Source of the DNA: Eledone cirrhosa | Lineage: Eukaryota | Direction of reading: 5' to 3' | Assembly: GCA_964016885.1 (NCBI GenBank) | Contig: OZ024741.1 | Location: 82,212,001-82,276,000 of the forward strand | DNA length: 64,000 nucleotides | Shown: positions 1 through 14,243 of the stretch, piece by piece | Layout: each line of letters opens with the position of its first letter | Numbering within the stretch: the stretch's first letter is position 1 | The notes under the pieces: generated by a model | Seen by the model: the letters and a program-made list of their open reading frames with translations, nothing else | Database searches by the model: none | Told to the model about the DNA's origin: nothing | Made by a program: the position numbers and the translations under genes

Positions 1-1367
1 CACATCCGCCCTCAGAATGGGACGGTGATTCATATTATGACCGAGATCAAAAGGCCGCATTGTTTTGTTTGTGGGGAAAAAACCCATTTGCGAGCCTTCT
101 GCTCTCAACTGCTGGAAGATGCAAGGGGTCGAAGGGCTCCACTGCTGCCGACGAGGACCACAACTAACACCAGCACCGGCAAAACCACCAACAACAACAC
201 CAATAGAAAGACCACCACCAACATTGATCACCCAGGGGGGAAACGAGGAAAGTTGTCAAATTGCCTCGCCCCCCAAAATACAATAAAAACATAAACACAC
301 ACACATACCCCTCAATAAAAACATAAACACACACACAGACCCCTCATTTACCAGTAGTGAAGACGAGGGAAAAACAAAATCCCCCAAAATTCAAAAAAGG
401 AAACACAAAAAGGAAAAAAAAATCAACATAGCACAAAATCACCCACAATAAAAAATGCAGACACCACCCACGCAAACATCTCTCCAATAACAGCAACATC
501 AACACCACCATCACCATCACCAGATCTCCCAAACGCAAACAACCTAAACAGACGCAAGAACAAATACACACACAAACATCTGAAACCACAGACACCGCAC
601 TCACAACAAACACAGACACAACCAAAACACCACCACCAAAACCATCACCACCACAGCCACGCAAACAAATAAAATCACACCAACAAAACATAAAAAAACT
701 TCGTGCTCGTCAGGAGGGCCAACAAGGAACTGATGGCCCTTGTAGCACAAAGTGAAAATATACAAAAAGAGGGGGACATTTTAAAATCAAGAACATTTCG
801 CGTGTCGGAAGATTTGTTTCTGGTGCGAATGTCGTTCGATTTATACAAAGAAATACGAGGCAGCTTTCCTCGGGACGTGGGAACCCCGATCGTAAAACAC
901 ACTTCAAGACTTTTAAAGGGATTCTCTAAATAAACCGCACCAACTATGGAGGTCGAACCACCCGACCTTCACAAGAGCCCGGAACGTAAGTAAACCTTTC
1001 CTCTCTCTCTTTTAATCTGCCAACATGGCCGTATTAAGTGTAGGAAGTTTAAATGTTCGAGGCCTGGGATCGCCCTGGAAGCAGGGTCACCTGCTCAACG
1101 ACCTCAGGTCTCTAGAAATGGATGTAGTTGCCGTCAGCGAGACCAGGATTGCCGACACGCGCGCACTAGCCCCCATTTTCGACGACTATCTTATCTTGGC
1201 ATCTGTTAGTCGGCCGGGAATGGGAGTTGGAGTGACAGTGTTGTCTAGGAAAGGCCTGGATCTCGAGGTAAGGTCGATCTTCCGGGGCCCGGACGGGAAG
1301 TTGGTGGTCCTGGACATGAACAATAACGAAGGTGGTGCCATTAGACTGGTGGCCGTCTACGCCCCTA
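1..1367 (+). mobile_element. Tx1/L1-clade LINE fragment: 3' part of ORF1 (frameshifted) and start of ORF2
   Basis: CCHC knuckle CFVCGEKTHLRAFC (ORF 25-294), nearly identical to the knuckle in ORF1 at 46527. ORF 1025 starts SLNVRGLGSPWKQGHLLNDLRSL...VAVSETR...RLVAVYAP (APE endonuclease), homologous to ORF 48487. Homology stops abruptly at about 1367. Confidence 0.9.
1025..1367 (+). pseudogene. Truncated APE endonuclease N-terminus of Tx1-like ORF2
   Basis: NVRGL and SETR motifs; truncated after VAVYAPT by unrelated AT-rich sequence. Confidence 0.88.
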
Positions 1368-1851
1368 CTGTATATAATCAAAGATTAATGTGGTTCGTTG
1401 ATTATTCAACGAATACAATTTTACAATAGATTAGAAGCACTCGACATAGATTTTCCTGGAATTATTTAATATCATTCCAGATGTTAATAAATGAAAAATA
1501 TTCTCATAATCAAAATATATATTTTATTATACATATTCCAAAGGTACAATTCTGTGGCGTAGAACATTCGTGTATTTATATCTAGGTATGTGTGTGCGCT
1601 TGTTATATACGTATTTATTTATTTATATACATTTATATAATTATTTATTTATTTGTATACACGCATAAACACTCACACATATTTATATGTGCGTGGTTTT
1701 GTATACCTATGGTAAGGTTTTGCGTATGCTTGTGTATGTACGTTTTTGTTTGCGTGTATGTATTTATTTATTTCTATTACTTCTATATTGTATTTATTCA
1801 CTTTGTTCTTAACTCTGTAGCGGAGATTCATTTGGTCTCCTAGTTAGAATT

Positions 1852-2120
1852 TTAGTCTACGACTTCTGCTATACCATTTACGTGGTTTTGTCTTTGCGTG
1901 CCATTGTTCTCCACGCTCCACATATGACGTATTATCTTCGTTTTTTCGTTCATTGCCAGAGAACGTCTCTCTGCACCACCTAAGAGAACATTAGTCTACG
2001 ACCTCTTTTATACCATAAACGTGGTTCTGTCTTTGCGCGTAAATGTTTTTCACCGCTCCTATTAATGACGTATTATTCGTTTTTTCCCGTTCTTCGCCAG
2101 CGAACGTTTCCACGAACCAA
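1852..2120 (+). repeat. Diverged tandem duplication, unit about 139 bp
   Basis: ttagtctacgac...tatacca...acgtggtt.tgtctttgcg...atgacgtatta...gccag.gaacgt occurs at 1852 and again at 1991. Confidence 0.85.
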
Positions 2121-2297
2121 AGTATCGTCTTCCTGTCTTCCTCCGGTTGCAACGTTTTTTGAAATATCCAGTTCTGCGTTTACAGATTGACTTTGTTAGT
2201 TTCAGAAGATCCCGTTAAGGGTGAAAGCAGCGATTCTTTGCTTAAAAATTTTATCTGTTATTTTAATAAATATATATATATATATATTTCGTTTCTG

Positions 2298-2328
<31 letters not shown>

Positions 2329-2398
2329 ATGTATATATATATATATAACCTCTGTTTTTAGCCTAAGAAAATATCTAATAAATATATATATATATATT

Positions 2399-2542
<144 letters not shown>

Positions 2543-2624
2543 AGAAAATATCTAATAAATATATATATATATATATATTTCGTTTCTGATATATATATAC
2601 AATGCATGTATATATATATATATA

Positions 2625-3270
2625 TATTACCTCTGTTTTGAGCCTCAGAAAATATCTATATGCGTGTGTAATTTATACACGCATATATTTATTTTTTTTA
2701 TTTCAATTGTGTTCTTAACACGTTGGATTGATAATGTTTTCGAAAAAACTGATTAACCCGCGTGTATATTATTTTTTTCCCTCCTTTCGTGGATCGTAGT
2801 TGTCTCCCCTTCCCGCTTAGTGACGCTATAATACTTCCTCAGTCAAAAACTGCTGGAATTTCAAATTTGCCGGTCATTCAATGCGGGAAGGACCAACTTA
2901 ACGGACACGATTTTTAACTGTCGTAAGAAATGTTTTTCTTATATCAAAGTTTATTGGGCTTCCACTGATGATTTATAAGCGCCCACCTAAATATATTCTT
3001 ACATGAATGTATATTAGGCTTCTACATAAACTGGAAATATTCTCCGAATTTGTAGAAAACTAATAATGAAACAATTGTTTGGATGAGAGATATATTTTAA
3101 CTTTAATTATATCTCATAAAATAATACAACTGGCTTTTCCACATAATACATATTGTTACCACCCCAAACACTTAAATTGGGTTTATATTAAAATATAGCC
3201 TAATGTTTGTTGAGTGAGATGGTTACCAGTCAGAGATTAGCTTTAAACTATCTCTGTTATTGTATTAATT
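2625..3270 (-). repeat. Inverted copy of the unclassified ~1 kb repeat at 21348-22490
   Basis: Reverse complement matches 21348-21985, e.g. gactggtaaccatctcactcaacaaac, ataaatc.tcagtgga.gccca.taaactttgatataaga, attacacacgcatatagatatttt. Confidence 0.88.
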
Positions 3271-3673
3271 ATATATATATATATATATAATATATATGTA
3301 TGTGGGTGTGTATGTATATGTGTGTGTGTGCGTGCGTTTGTGCGATTGTAAACACCTGAACATTTTACCGACTTCACGAACCTTTAACAGACCATGTTAA
3401 TATAGCCACTTACTGAAACCTTTTGTTTGCTTAGAATAAATGAATCTTGGAATTCAGAAGTATCCTTCTGTATCACTATGTATTTTTCTCTCCATATTGC
3501 TTTTTCAAAGAATCCCTATTCTTTATATCCACAGCCAATGTCCTCCACCCATCCTCTACCACTAGAAAATGTATAAATATCACCATATCACATTGACAGT
3601 CGGCTTTCCTGATGATTTCTTTCGACTGAAACTGTTCAAGTCCCGTATAAGCCATTTCTATATTAACATATAT

Positions 3674-3723
<50 letters not shown>

Positions 3724-5279
3724 ACATATATATATATGTATATATATTATATATATATATGCGTGTGTGTGTGTATGTATATATACACACAGACATGCAG
3801 TCATGAGGGGGCGGTATCGGTATGGGTAACTGGCTGGGAGCTGGGGGGGGGGGTTAAGTGTGTATGTATGTATATAGTGAAGTAAGAGGAACATTATTTA
3901 GAATGCCGTAACTAATATTGGAATCTTAGTAGACAATGAAATATTACATATTGAAGTATATATATATCTTATTTCTGTCATACATCGTCGTGTCAAATTC
4001 TGTTGTATTTTGTATTGATGTGCATGCTTATATTTTTGGAGTAAAAAACAAAAATGTTATCACCATTTTAAAAACTATGGAATTTACTTACTATATGGAA
4101 CCACTCAAACAGTGAGAAAGGAACTCTTTCATTAGCTGGTTTATATATATATATGTGTTTATGTTAGTAGACATTGCGATGAGAGTAGATCACTTTAAAG
4201 AAACATTTAGAGTAATATAATGTGACACCTCGCATTTCCAACTTCAAAACTGCTTTTCCTTACCTCAGTCATTTTAAAGTGTTAGAAAATAAATTTGCAT
4301 CGTTTTAATTTAGTATACCGTCTCTCAACGAGACATTGATAAGGGGTTTTGATAAAAAGCTGTTAACATTTAGTGATATAAATTTGATTATCAGGAACCA
4401 GAAAAAAGATTTGCTGGAAGTATTGATTTCCAACACAGTTAAAATATCATTGAATTTTCGTGAAAAGTTCAAAATACAAAAGTGTGACGTTTCTTTCTTT
4501 TTCAAGAGCAATTTTACAAAATTGGAACAGATACAATAATCAAATATCGGCCATTCCCGTTACTCTTGTTTCTGCCTACTATTTACCATTTACCTATTGG
4601 TCATGATCGATTAGAGAAAGCCGCTACAAATGCACATTAGAAAAAGAACACTGGAAATTGTATCACAGTAAAGTAAGGAAAATATAAGAAAAACACCAAT
4701 TTACACTTTTACATTGTGCTTCATGTAAACTATACAGCTTTTGTCATCCATACAAATCTAACAATTATCGTAAAAACTATAGTTATTTTAATGAATAAAA
4801 TATAACCTCAATAATTTTGTGAAATGCTCTTTGCTTTCTGTTTCATAAATCTAAAATCTAAATTGAGCTGTTTTAGCTTTTTTGAATGATATGCAGTTCT
4901 TGGATTGAGTGAAAAAACATGAGTTGTAACTATCCCAAGGCCTTGGATGAATAATAATTGCACCCCACAGGGTAATTGCTAGAAGTAAACGTAATGAGAA
5001 GATTTAACCCAGCCTTCTTGCTTACAATGTGAAAAACATTTTCATGGTCCAATTATATTTATCCGCACTCACACACATGAACATCCCCACATTCACACAC
5101 CCAAATCAAATTTCTGTCATCAAACCCATTACATGTAATGAAATGATGTATTTCAAATGTATGGATCAAACATTGCACTGCTCTAGGGAATGTAAAGCTG
5201 TCCACCGAAAAATAGAATAAGCCTGTACCCATATACAAAAGCTACCGTGTTATGTATTGAACATTTGACGGTTCCTACA

Positions 5280-5571
5280 ACGTGTGTTCCAGTTGTTTGA
5301 TCAACGAAACAGCCTGTACTTGAAATAACGTGCAAACATTTGAGCATTATACAGACACATATACCTTTAATTTAGTTCTCAGAGAGATTAATCGTGACAC
5401 AGTGTGTGAAAGCCTGCCTTTTTCAATTACAGGTACAAGTCTTTTCTTTTTCTCGGCTTAGAACAACTGAAATAAACTGCTTTATTTCAAGGCACTAAAT
5501 GACGCTGAGAATTGAAATCACGACCTTCTGGCTGTCATCCAAGCGCTTTAAACAGTAAACCACGCGCCCCA
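5280..5571 (-). mobile_element. Degenerate tRNA-derived SINE
   Basis: Minus strand begins gtggggcgcgtggtttactgtttaaagcgc...ggtcgtgatttcaattctc (decayed A/B boxes); related head on + at 28714. Confidence 0.55.
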
Positions 5572-6068
5572 CAAAGATGTGTATCAAACTTTGAACTGCA
5601 TTTAGGGGATGCTAAGCTGCTCTTGAGAAAAAAGGGGTAACTATAATTCAAAACTAGTATGGTTGGTGGATATCACTACGTTACATAACAGGGCTGATGA
5701 ATGTGTTACACTATTAGGCGAGATCGTGGATAAGCTGCGTATGCAATGAAAAGCCGCAGAGTGTATATTTCAAGCATCTATGATATTGTTTTTCTAAGCT
5801 GGATGAATGCTTCACATATATTACATTCATCCAATTTAAATAACCTATGTTATAGGTGACAGGTCATTACAAATATTATACTTCATAAAATGAAAATACG
5901 TTACAGCTTACTGGAAATCAGAAACATTCTCCACAATATGAAAATCTATTCTTTACACCAGGAAAGATTTCATTTCATCATACAGTCTAGTGATTTCACA
6001 CTACAAAAATTCATCACGAAAACGGATAATAAGACTCACATATTCAATTGAAGATATCGCCGATATTA

Positions 6069-6113
<45 letters not shown>

Positions 6114-6117
<4 letters not shown>

Positions 6118-6317
6118 AAAATGTTTAGCACCGACGGCAGAGCTCAAGCCGTTTCGACGGCTATTTCTCGACTGAAATAGAGCAGAAATAGCCGTCGAAA
6201 CGGCTTGAGCTCTGCCGTCGTGGTTAAACATTTTCCTATTACCCAATCAACTACCCTAATATTGAGTACTCTGGTGCGTTATGGTCCATCTGGTTCCTTA
6301 CCACGCTTCCTTCGTTA
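6114..6317 (+). mobile_element. PLE-derived mini hairpin element with tail, between (TA)n tracts
   Basis: 6114-6238 is a near-perfect palindrome, followed by a 79-bp tail. Right arm plus tail is homologous to the PLE 3' end at 25735-25866. Confidence 0.9.
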
Positions 6318-6899
6318 TATATATATGTATATATATATATCACTTAAAAAACATGGGAGACATATAGAAAAAGTAAAGCGAGAAAGAGGCAAACATATGG
6401 ACAATTTCCACTCAAAGCCTATCTTTCTGGGGATCATTATAGTTTCGGATACTTTGTAAGATAGGATTATTCACCACCAGTGGATCAACAGAAAGCACAG
6501 AGTTATCCATAGATATCTATTCGAGAGGAAAACACAACGGACATTGAACGATGAAAAACACAAAACAAAACAAAACAAGAAGTAATATATACTGGTATCG
6601 CACAGTAAAATTGCTACAATCGAAAGCAACACGAATAAGGACTAGTTAACGATAGTATAAATGGAGGAATGGATTAACTTAATACAAGTTAGTTCAAACA
6701 ATAGCCCTAGAACTAATATTAATATAAGAGAGACATGGCGAAGATGAATGACCATGTCTGCAATCAAATCGCAAAAGACTGCGACAAAGGCGTGACAGAG
6801 TAGGGCAGCAGTAAAGTGTGATAGAAGAAATCGTCTACACACATTGCACCTGAATTCTTGGCGGGTTTTCCTTTTGCAGGCACTGCATTTGGATCCCAT

Positions 6900-8200
6900 T
6901 TACGGAGTGAATAATTCAAAGTGGCATGTTACACTCACTTTTTCTCATCAATACTTCATGATCATAACCCATGATGTGAGGAATTCAGTCAAACCCTCCC
7001 AATTCTCTATATCAATCTTCAGAGTTTTTAGAGTGTATCTTATGACATCCCTAAACCGCTTCTTTGCTTTATGTTGTGGCATTTTACCTCTGGTCAGCTT
7101 CTCCTAAAATAACTGTTCAGGAAGCCTTCCATCTTCCATCCTGACAACATGACCAGCCCAACACATTTGGTTACTAATAATCCTCTTCTCAATATTAGTG
7201 CTGCTCGCATTCTCAAGTAAAGCAGCATCAGGTGTGTAAAAATATCACTTGATGCTCAGGATCAGTCGGATACAATGCTGAAGAAATATTTCCAGATACT
7301 TCATATGATGCCTGTACGTTGTAGGCGTTTCACATCTGCATAACAGGGTTGTAGAGACACAGGCCTCATACATATACTCCGATTTGACCAGATTTCCTTC
7401 TTTGGTTTCCAGAAAGCAAGATTCACTTTCTCAATCTTGTGAATTATTTCAGCATCGAGCGTACCATCTCTACTAAGTGTATTTCCGAGATACATAAAGC
7501 TGTCACCACTACAAGTCTTTTTCTTCTCACGAAAATGTCTGGTTCCACATTCACTTCCCCAACTTGTACATAGCCCTTTTCTTTTTTATGCTAATATTTA
7601 GCCCAAATACAGTGCATGTATTTGAGGTGTCTAATATCAATTGTATGTCTTCTGTTGAGTGAGCCACATATCTCCGTGACAAGAATGACATATGTTTTGA
7701 ACTTGATGTGAAAATGTCTTGGATTAAAATCTTTGGCAGAGGTTCTAAATCACAAGTATACACCCATTTCGAAGCTTTGGAAGGCGTGTCAGCAGTACCA
7801 TCAGGTAGATGGCGAAAAGAGTGGGTGCAGATATGTCACCCTACTTCACATCGTTTTCCGTTGACATTGGCTTTGAAAGTGTCCCATTTAAGTTCACTTT
7901 TCCCTTTTTATTTTTATTTGAATATTCCAACAAATTCAGGCAGGCATCAAATGTTCTCCATTATGACTCACACTGTATTAAAAGTTACAGTATCGAAGGT
8001 TTTAGTAAGGTCCACAAATGCTTGGTATAGTGGCACTCGCTGTTCAACACACTTCTCCATAAGCTAGTGTGCTGAGAAAATCATGTCCATAGTAACTCGC
8101 CTAGTTCTGAATCGACATTGGGTCTCATGGAGGACTGCAGTGCAGATGCATTTTGTTGGACGATTCAGCAGGAAAACTTATAAGACTTTCCCTACCAATT
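6900..8200 (-). mobile_element. Degenerate RTE-clade LINE reverse transcriptase relic
   Basis: Minus-strand peptides YLGNTLSRDGTLDAEI..I.K...AF and FGLNISIKK; nearby QCRFRTRRVTMDMIFSA and F.DLTK.FDTV-like remnants; many stops. Confidence 0.75.
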
Positions 8201-8219
8201 TGTGCAGACTTATACAAAG

Positions 8220-9500
8220 ATAACAATGTATTCACATTTAGATTTCTTGCCCTTGTAAATCAATAGCAAAAACCATCACCAAGAAGCGAGGCCTCCAGGA
8301 TATCTGCTCTGCTTGAGCAATTCGTGGTGCAGAATGTGGTACTGACCGTAATCTTATGCGGGGCAAGATGAAAGTGTAAATTAGAGGAAAAGTGAGGACA
8401 ACGAGGGAACAATCTGCAAAGTTTATAAAGGCGCACACTTGATAACGCTGTCTTTGAGGGAAACAGTTTAAAACATAGGTCTACCGTGCTGGATTTGATT
8501 TACTCGGTCTTAAGAAGACACAGCACCAAGACTGTCCGATGATAATGATACTGCAATCACCTTTCTCATTGAAGAGAAGGCGTATGAGAAGAGCCTTGTT
8601 GCAGAGAGTCCACAGAAGGCTCTGTTGAAGGCAAGATAATGGGGACCTTGTCATCAAAGTTCCAGCAGGAATCATGAGTCGGTGGACTGAACACATTAAA
8701 TATCTGTTCGGTAACCCATTTATAGTTGATGAGGAAAATATCAATGGACTTCCATAAAAGGAGACTGTGACAGAGATGATGAATGATCCAGCCATTGTTG
8801 AGATAAGGTCTTCTAATAAAAAGGAATACATATAGAATGATCCTGTTCAGCTGATCCACTTTGGAGGAGACACTATTTTTATGACCATTGATCGGCTAGT
8901 TTTATCTGTCTGGCATAGTGAGCTAGTCCAGCAAGTCTAGGTGGATGCAATTTTTGCTGTCGATACATACCTTCATACATGATTACTACAAATCGATTTC
9001 GAGTAATACCATCGCTTAATACTTAAGCATAAGCATCAGGAATCTGTTTTTTTTTAGTCCAGCTAGGAGCCTGTCCATGACCAGCAATACTAGGCATCAC
9101 AGAAAATGTCACATATCAAGCGATGCCTGTGCTTGAAGCTTTTTAAAGTGAGGAAACGCTTTGCACGAGGCCAATCCAACTCTTTGAACATCAAATGCAT
9201 TTAACCCGCCCACCAAAAAAAAAAAAAATAGGATAGATATGAAGTCACAGGTTTGACCTTCTCCTAAAGAGATGGCTTAATGAAGACTAGGAGTCTCTTG
9301 CTCCAGTAAAAGCTTTATTTCATGGCCGTTAACTCTCCTGAGTTCCTCCATCCTTTGAGGACTTTTGTTCTCATTCCGCAGAGTGTCCAAAATCCCCCTC
9401 TTCAGCAAGCAGGCTTGGTGGGGTTTCCGGTTTAGTCGACTACGACCCGACCAAGCACAAGTTATACTGGATTACATGTTACCTGTAGCGCTGAAGAGCA
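8220..9500. mobile_element. Further LINE (probably RTE) fragments in mixed orientation
   Basis: Plus strand attcgtggtgcagaatgtggtactgaccgtaatctt encodes IRGAECGTDRNL, resembling the APE C-terminal (S/T)DH motif; the rest is too decayed to resolve. Confidence 0.45.
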
Positions 9501-12079
9501 ACCTGACATATGCATACCTACATACATACATATGGATAGTCATACATACAAATATACATATTTATATCCGTAGACACATACATACATATATTCATAATAC
9601 ATACATTCATAGAAATAACCACACATATGTCTGTGAGTCAGTTTCGTGTGTTATATGTGGGTGTGTGATTATGACATTGTGTGTATGTGTGGTATGTGTG
9701 TGTGCGGAATTGTGTGTAGGCGTGTATATGTATACTGTACTGCTTTTCCTGTAATATTGATAGATAATTGTATAGACGCTAACGTGTAAAACACCATTCC
9801 TTATTTCTGACAAATAATACCTTTTCGCATTTCATTCTTCCCCAGCCAACGACCTCAAGATTATAAATAAATAAGTATGAAACTTCAGCATACTGGCAAG
9901 GCTATTATTGTTCATAATATCATTATTATTGTATGTTATCAGTAAACTCTGATGATTCTTCTCTTAATAGCTTTGGTTACCATAAACCTTTCCTTTCTTC
10001 ATATATATTGTAACTATTCTGAACTATAACATTACTTCATTCTCGTGAGGAACATTTCTATGTGGAGTAGAACAATATCATAGAATATTTTACGACAGGA
10101 TCATCAATATTCTCTAGTGGGTATTTTCAGTCATTATTTGGCAGATAATATCCGAAAATATTCTTGTAAATCAGCCAAATATTCAAAACAGTGAAATTTA
10201 GTACGAAGCATTTATTTTCTCTCTCTTATACGAGAAAAAGAGGTTTTCTCGTGGCTGGTAGTTATAAATAACGTTATCGTTTTATTTATATTTTATTTTA
10301 TTGCATTGTATTTTATGTTGCTTTTCGATTCCTTAACTGAACTTCGACAGTCATCGGACAATATTTCAATAGCCTTCGGTTTGAATACATAATGCGAAGT
10401 AACTTAAATATAAATTTCCTTAACATTCACCACCATATCCTCTTGAAACTGGTATCAGATTTGTAAATATGTCAATAGCGTTGTTGTTATTCCTGTTGAT
10501 TAGAAGACGCAGCGGGGCAGAATAATTATAATATCATTTTAATAAATATTAGGACCTAGTCACGGTCTCTCATTTTGTAAATATATCATTTCCCATATCA
10601 ACGAGTTGATCTAAGGCTTGTGAGTGAAACTGGCTGACGCCGAAACTGTCTTGAAGTCAGTCGAGTAGACCATATCTATAATCAAAATGATCAGCCATGT
10701 TACACCGTCACATTCAATCTCCCTGAGAATTACTTTATGGGCACAGCTATCTGCGAAATACTCCACCATTTCAAGTTAACTCCCGACTCGGATGATCAAA
10801 CATCTGTATGTGTATCGTCGAAACCGATAGAGGATCCGTGATAATATCCTCTATTATTTATGCTATATATAAATAGTAACTCTATATGTACGAGAGTGAA
10901 GACATCAGATCGATCCAAAGAGGAGTCGAGGTTATTCTAAAAATATAAGCAAACGTTATGTGCATTGTTGAAAAATTAATGTGGAAACATGTCATCTGGA
11001 GCGATTGAAACTAAGACTTGAATCTTTATTTTTATATTTTATTTGTAAATTCGAATCATTATTATGCATTATTCGTTTTGTGAATGTCCCTATCAGTATA
11101 TATTTAGCAATATTGTCTAGTGTATTTACACCTACACATGCTATTCTATTTCCTGATTTTGTTTTTACTATTAAAGCTTTGCTACAACATCGTTAGAATG
11201 TATTATCATCAGAAAGAAAAGCGAGAAAAGAGGAAAAATGTTATATTTGTAACATTAAAATAAACCAAGATTTCGTTGAAATCTCCCACTAGACGTTCGT
11301 AAACTGAAATGAAAATAAAACTGAAAATGAGATCATTGGAAAGAATGGAAAGGGCATGAGAAAACTATCCGTAGCGGGACACAGCTTTGTGCTAAATATC
11401 CAAAACAACAATGACGACTGTGTCAGTTAATTTGTATCCTCGAATTTATTTTTACAAGAGTCAGAACAGAAGACGTTGTCTTCTAATTTAGACAAAATGT
11501 TAATGACATGCTGTCACAAAGTTAATTGAAACATAATTTTCAAGTGACAACTTAGTGTTCATTATTTATTATTATTATTAATATTATTATTATTATAATT
11601 ATTATTATTATTGATTTTTAATTTTTCAACATTTATAATCATTGTGTTATATTTGTTCTCGTCGTTGTATTTATTTTATTAGTAGGATATTATTGGAAAT
11701 AAGCATTTAAACAGTTATGGAGAGAGACAAAAATATCACTAATAGCCTTGAAACGTGAAGTGGAATTTAGAACCATAATAATAAAAAAAGCAGTACAAGG
11801 ATAAAACATTTATTATAGATTTCAACAAGTTTTAGCTTCTTGTCATCTGACAGAAAATTACAGACTCATATAATATGCCTGATTATAAATGAATGTGTAT
11901 AACTCTGTGTGAGTTGGGTCTGAGTGTGCGCATGTTTTCATGTGTGGATGTATCGGTACGTATGTGTTTGTATTCGGAGTGTAGATGCGTTTGTGTATAA
12001 TCAAATTCATGTACGCAGTAATCATAAAATCATAATCAGCAGCAATGCAATATATCTCATATTAAGCTCAAGAATTTCT

Positions 12080-14225
12080 AGGAACAACTCGCTCTTCAGT
12101 GTTTGTTGGCTACTGGGACGATATTTTAAATGCACACTGGAACTATGTGGGGCTAACTGAAAGGGTTGTAGGATAAATAAGACTCACGCATCTGTCAGGA
12201 CATTTCCAATTGTCTGACAGAAACCGACTAGATTTCCCGTATTTACCAGTGTGGACACGAACAAATCGCATCGTCTTGTCAATATCGTATCTATATATAG
12301 TAAACTGTAGGGACGTAGATAAGGCTAGCATAAGCTATTCATAATTCAAGGTAGTCGACTATACAAACCACACATTTGTGATTTGTACAGCGAACGTAGA
12401 GGTTTCATGGATAGAGATCTGGTTACTGGAAAATAAACGCGTCCTTTTCTGTGCGCAGAGCCGAGGAAACCGGAATAAGATAAGCGGTTGCTAACGACGA
12501 CTTTCATCATCAACAAATAGTTGTTCGAACTGAAAAGGACGATTGGAGAAGAAGCGATGGAATTTAGTAAAGGAGTAGTGATTGAGAAAACGAGACTAAA
12601 GGGGAAGTAGGTTAGAAAGCTAGAATAGGCTTTTAGGGAAGGCAACGTTACTGACATGCTTGTCACGAGATTGGATCACGCACCATTCTTCAAAGCAAAG
12701 CAAGAAAGCTGCGTTGTCAGACGTACGTGACCTAAGACAATGTGGGGAAGAAAGTAATTCAACGGGAAGTGCCGGCGGTGCATGTTACTTTATCTCAAGC
12801 AGATGTGTGTAGCTTTTCAGAAAAAAATTCGTTCAATGGGTGCAGTTGTAGACCGGATCCCGAGATGGACTTCAGTATCTATCTTGACGGTCTTTCTCGG
12901 TTCGTGGTTAGGAAGGCGGTGTGCAGTGAAAAACTGATAACTGCTGCTCAAATATGCAAAGCAATCATTAATCGCATGAGTTGTCCTCGTGGCTTGTCCT
13001 GCAAGCTTTACGCTTGCATGCTTTACTTGTTCGGCGACGTCTTAACAGACGTCTACTGCATCTGACAGCAAAATCAAAGAATTCACAGTTCCGCGAACCT
13101 CGGATCGGTGGTGATGCAGATTAGAAAGAGCCCAAACAAATGTGACCATATTGATAATTTTAGGACCATGACTCTGTTAAATGAAGGGTTTACAATTTTG
13201 TCCAAAGTGTTAATGACGATATTGGTGCTTGTCATCGCTGGTCTGATAATAGAGGGAAAAACATGCGCCATCCCGAAAAGATCTATCTACGTCAATATCA
13301 ACCTCATGCGATACAGCATAGAGACGTTGACTACGGAAACTCGAACGAGTGATGCCTTGATCAATCGAAAGGTTTCGATAGTGTTGAATATTGGTTCGTG
13401 GTGACAGTCCAGAGGTAGCCAGATTTGGATCTATTTTTACAAGCTGGGTCACTGGATGAATAGCGGCATCTACACTGTAGTCAGAGTAAACTGCCACCTC
13501 TCGGAACCGTTCAACATCATGCTCTCGATCTGCTAATATTGTTCCGTCTCGTACATAGTGTACGCATGGAATCTCGAGCCACTGTTACAAACATAGGAGA
13601 CAGTGAGGGGTATCGTGAAATAGGATGTAGGTCATCCCTATAAACATATGTAGACGACATCATGATACCAAACATATTCAGATGATCGGTAACTCACTCA
13701 GGGAATACAAGCCGTAAGAAGAGTGAATATTGAACAGGAAACGTCGGTGGGCCTGCAGTTCGACACCTAGCCGGAAACACAAATCCATACCATCCAGCAG
13801 CGTCATCGGTAGCTAGAAGGTGGGATCAGTTAAATTGCTCGAAGTCTAGTTTGGTCCGACCTCTAGCTGGATAAAAACTGGGACGAAGAAACGAGCTGTG
13901 TGGCGACTCTCACTCAGAAATGGGCCGAGAGGAAGCTATCTCTGAAATATGGAGCAGAGGTGGTGAACGCCATTCACTTTAGTCACATGTTATTGGTTGA
14001 TCATCGTAATTTGTCCTTGTCACATCTGACTGCAATGGAGCATTTTATCTTTCGTGTTTTGGGATAAAACGCGTGCAAATCGCCAAGTGGTTAATTTGCT
14101 GTCAACAGCCTTGCGTGGAGGACTGGGCTTGTCGTAGTCGAGGAAGCACTTGGGTTACATCGCCAACATTTCCTTGATAATGAACAACTGTGGTCACCCT
14201 CTGCTAGACGCGTTTTTCTCCTGCT
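12080..14225 (+). mobile_element. Highly degenerate Tx1-like ORF2 relic
   Basis: Colinear with 48870-51150, e.g. IRKSPNKCDHIDNFRTMTLLN...TCAIPKRSIYVNINLMRY and actcagaaatgggccgagaggaagctatctctgaa; many stops and frameshifts. Confidence 0.88.
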
Positions 14226-14243
14226 CTAGATAGATAGATAGAT

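Noticed and set aside
3476-3660. Minus-strand peptide ending LKKQYGEK as a possible P450 N-terminal exon
   Set aside because: No PPGP motif or membrane anchor, and it lies downstream, not upstream, of the 45865 exon on that strand.
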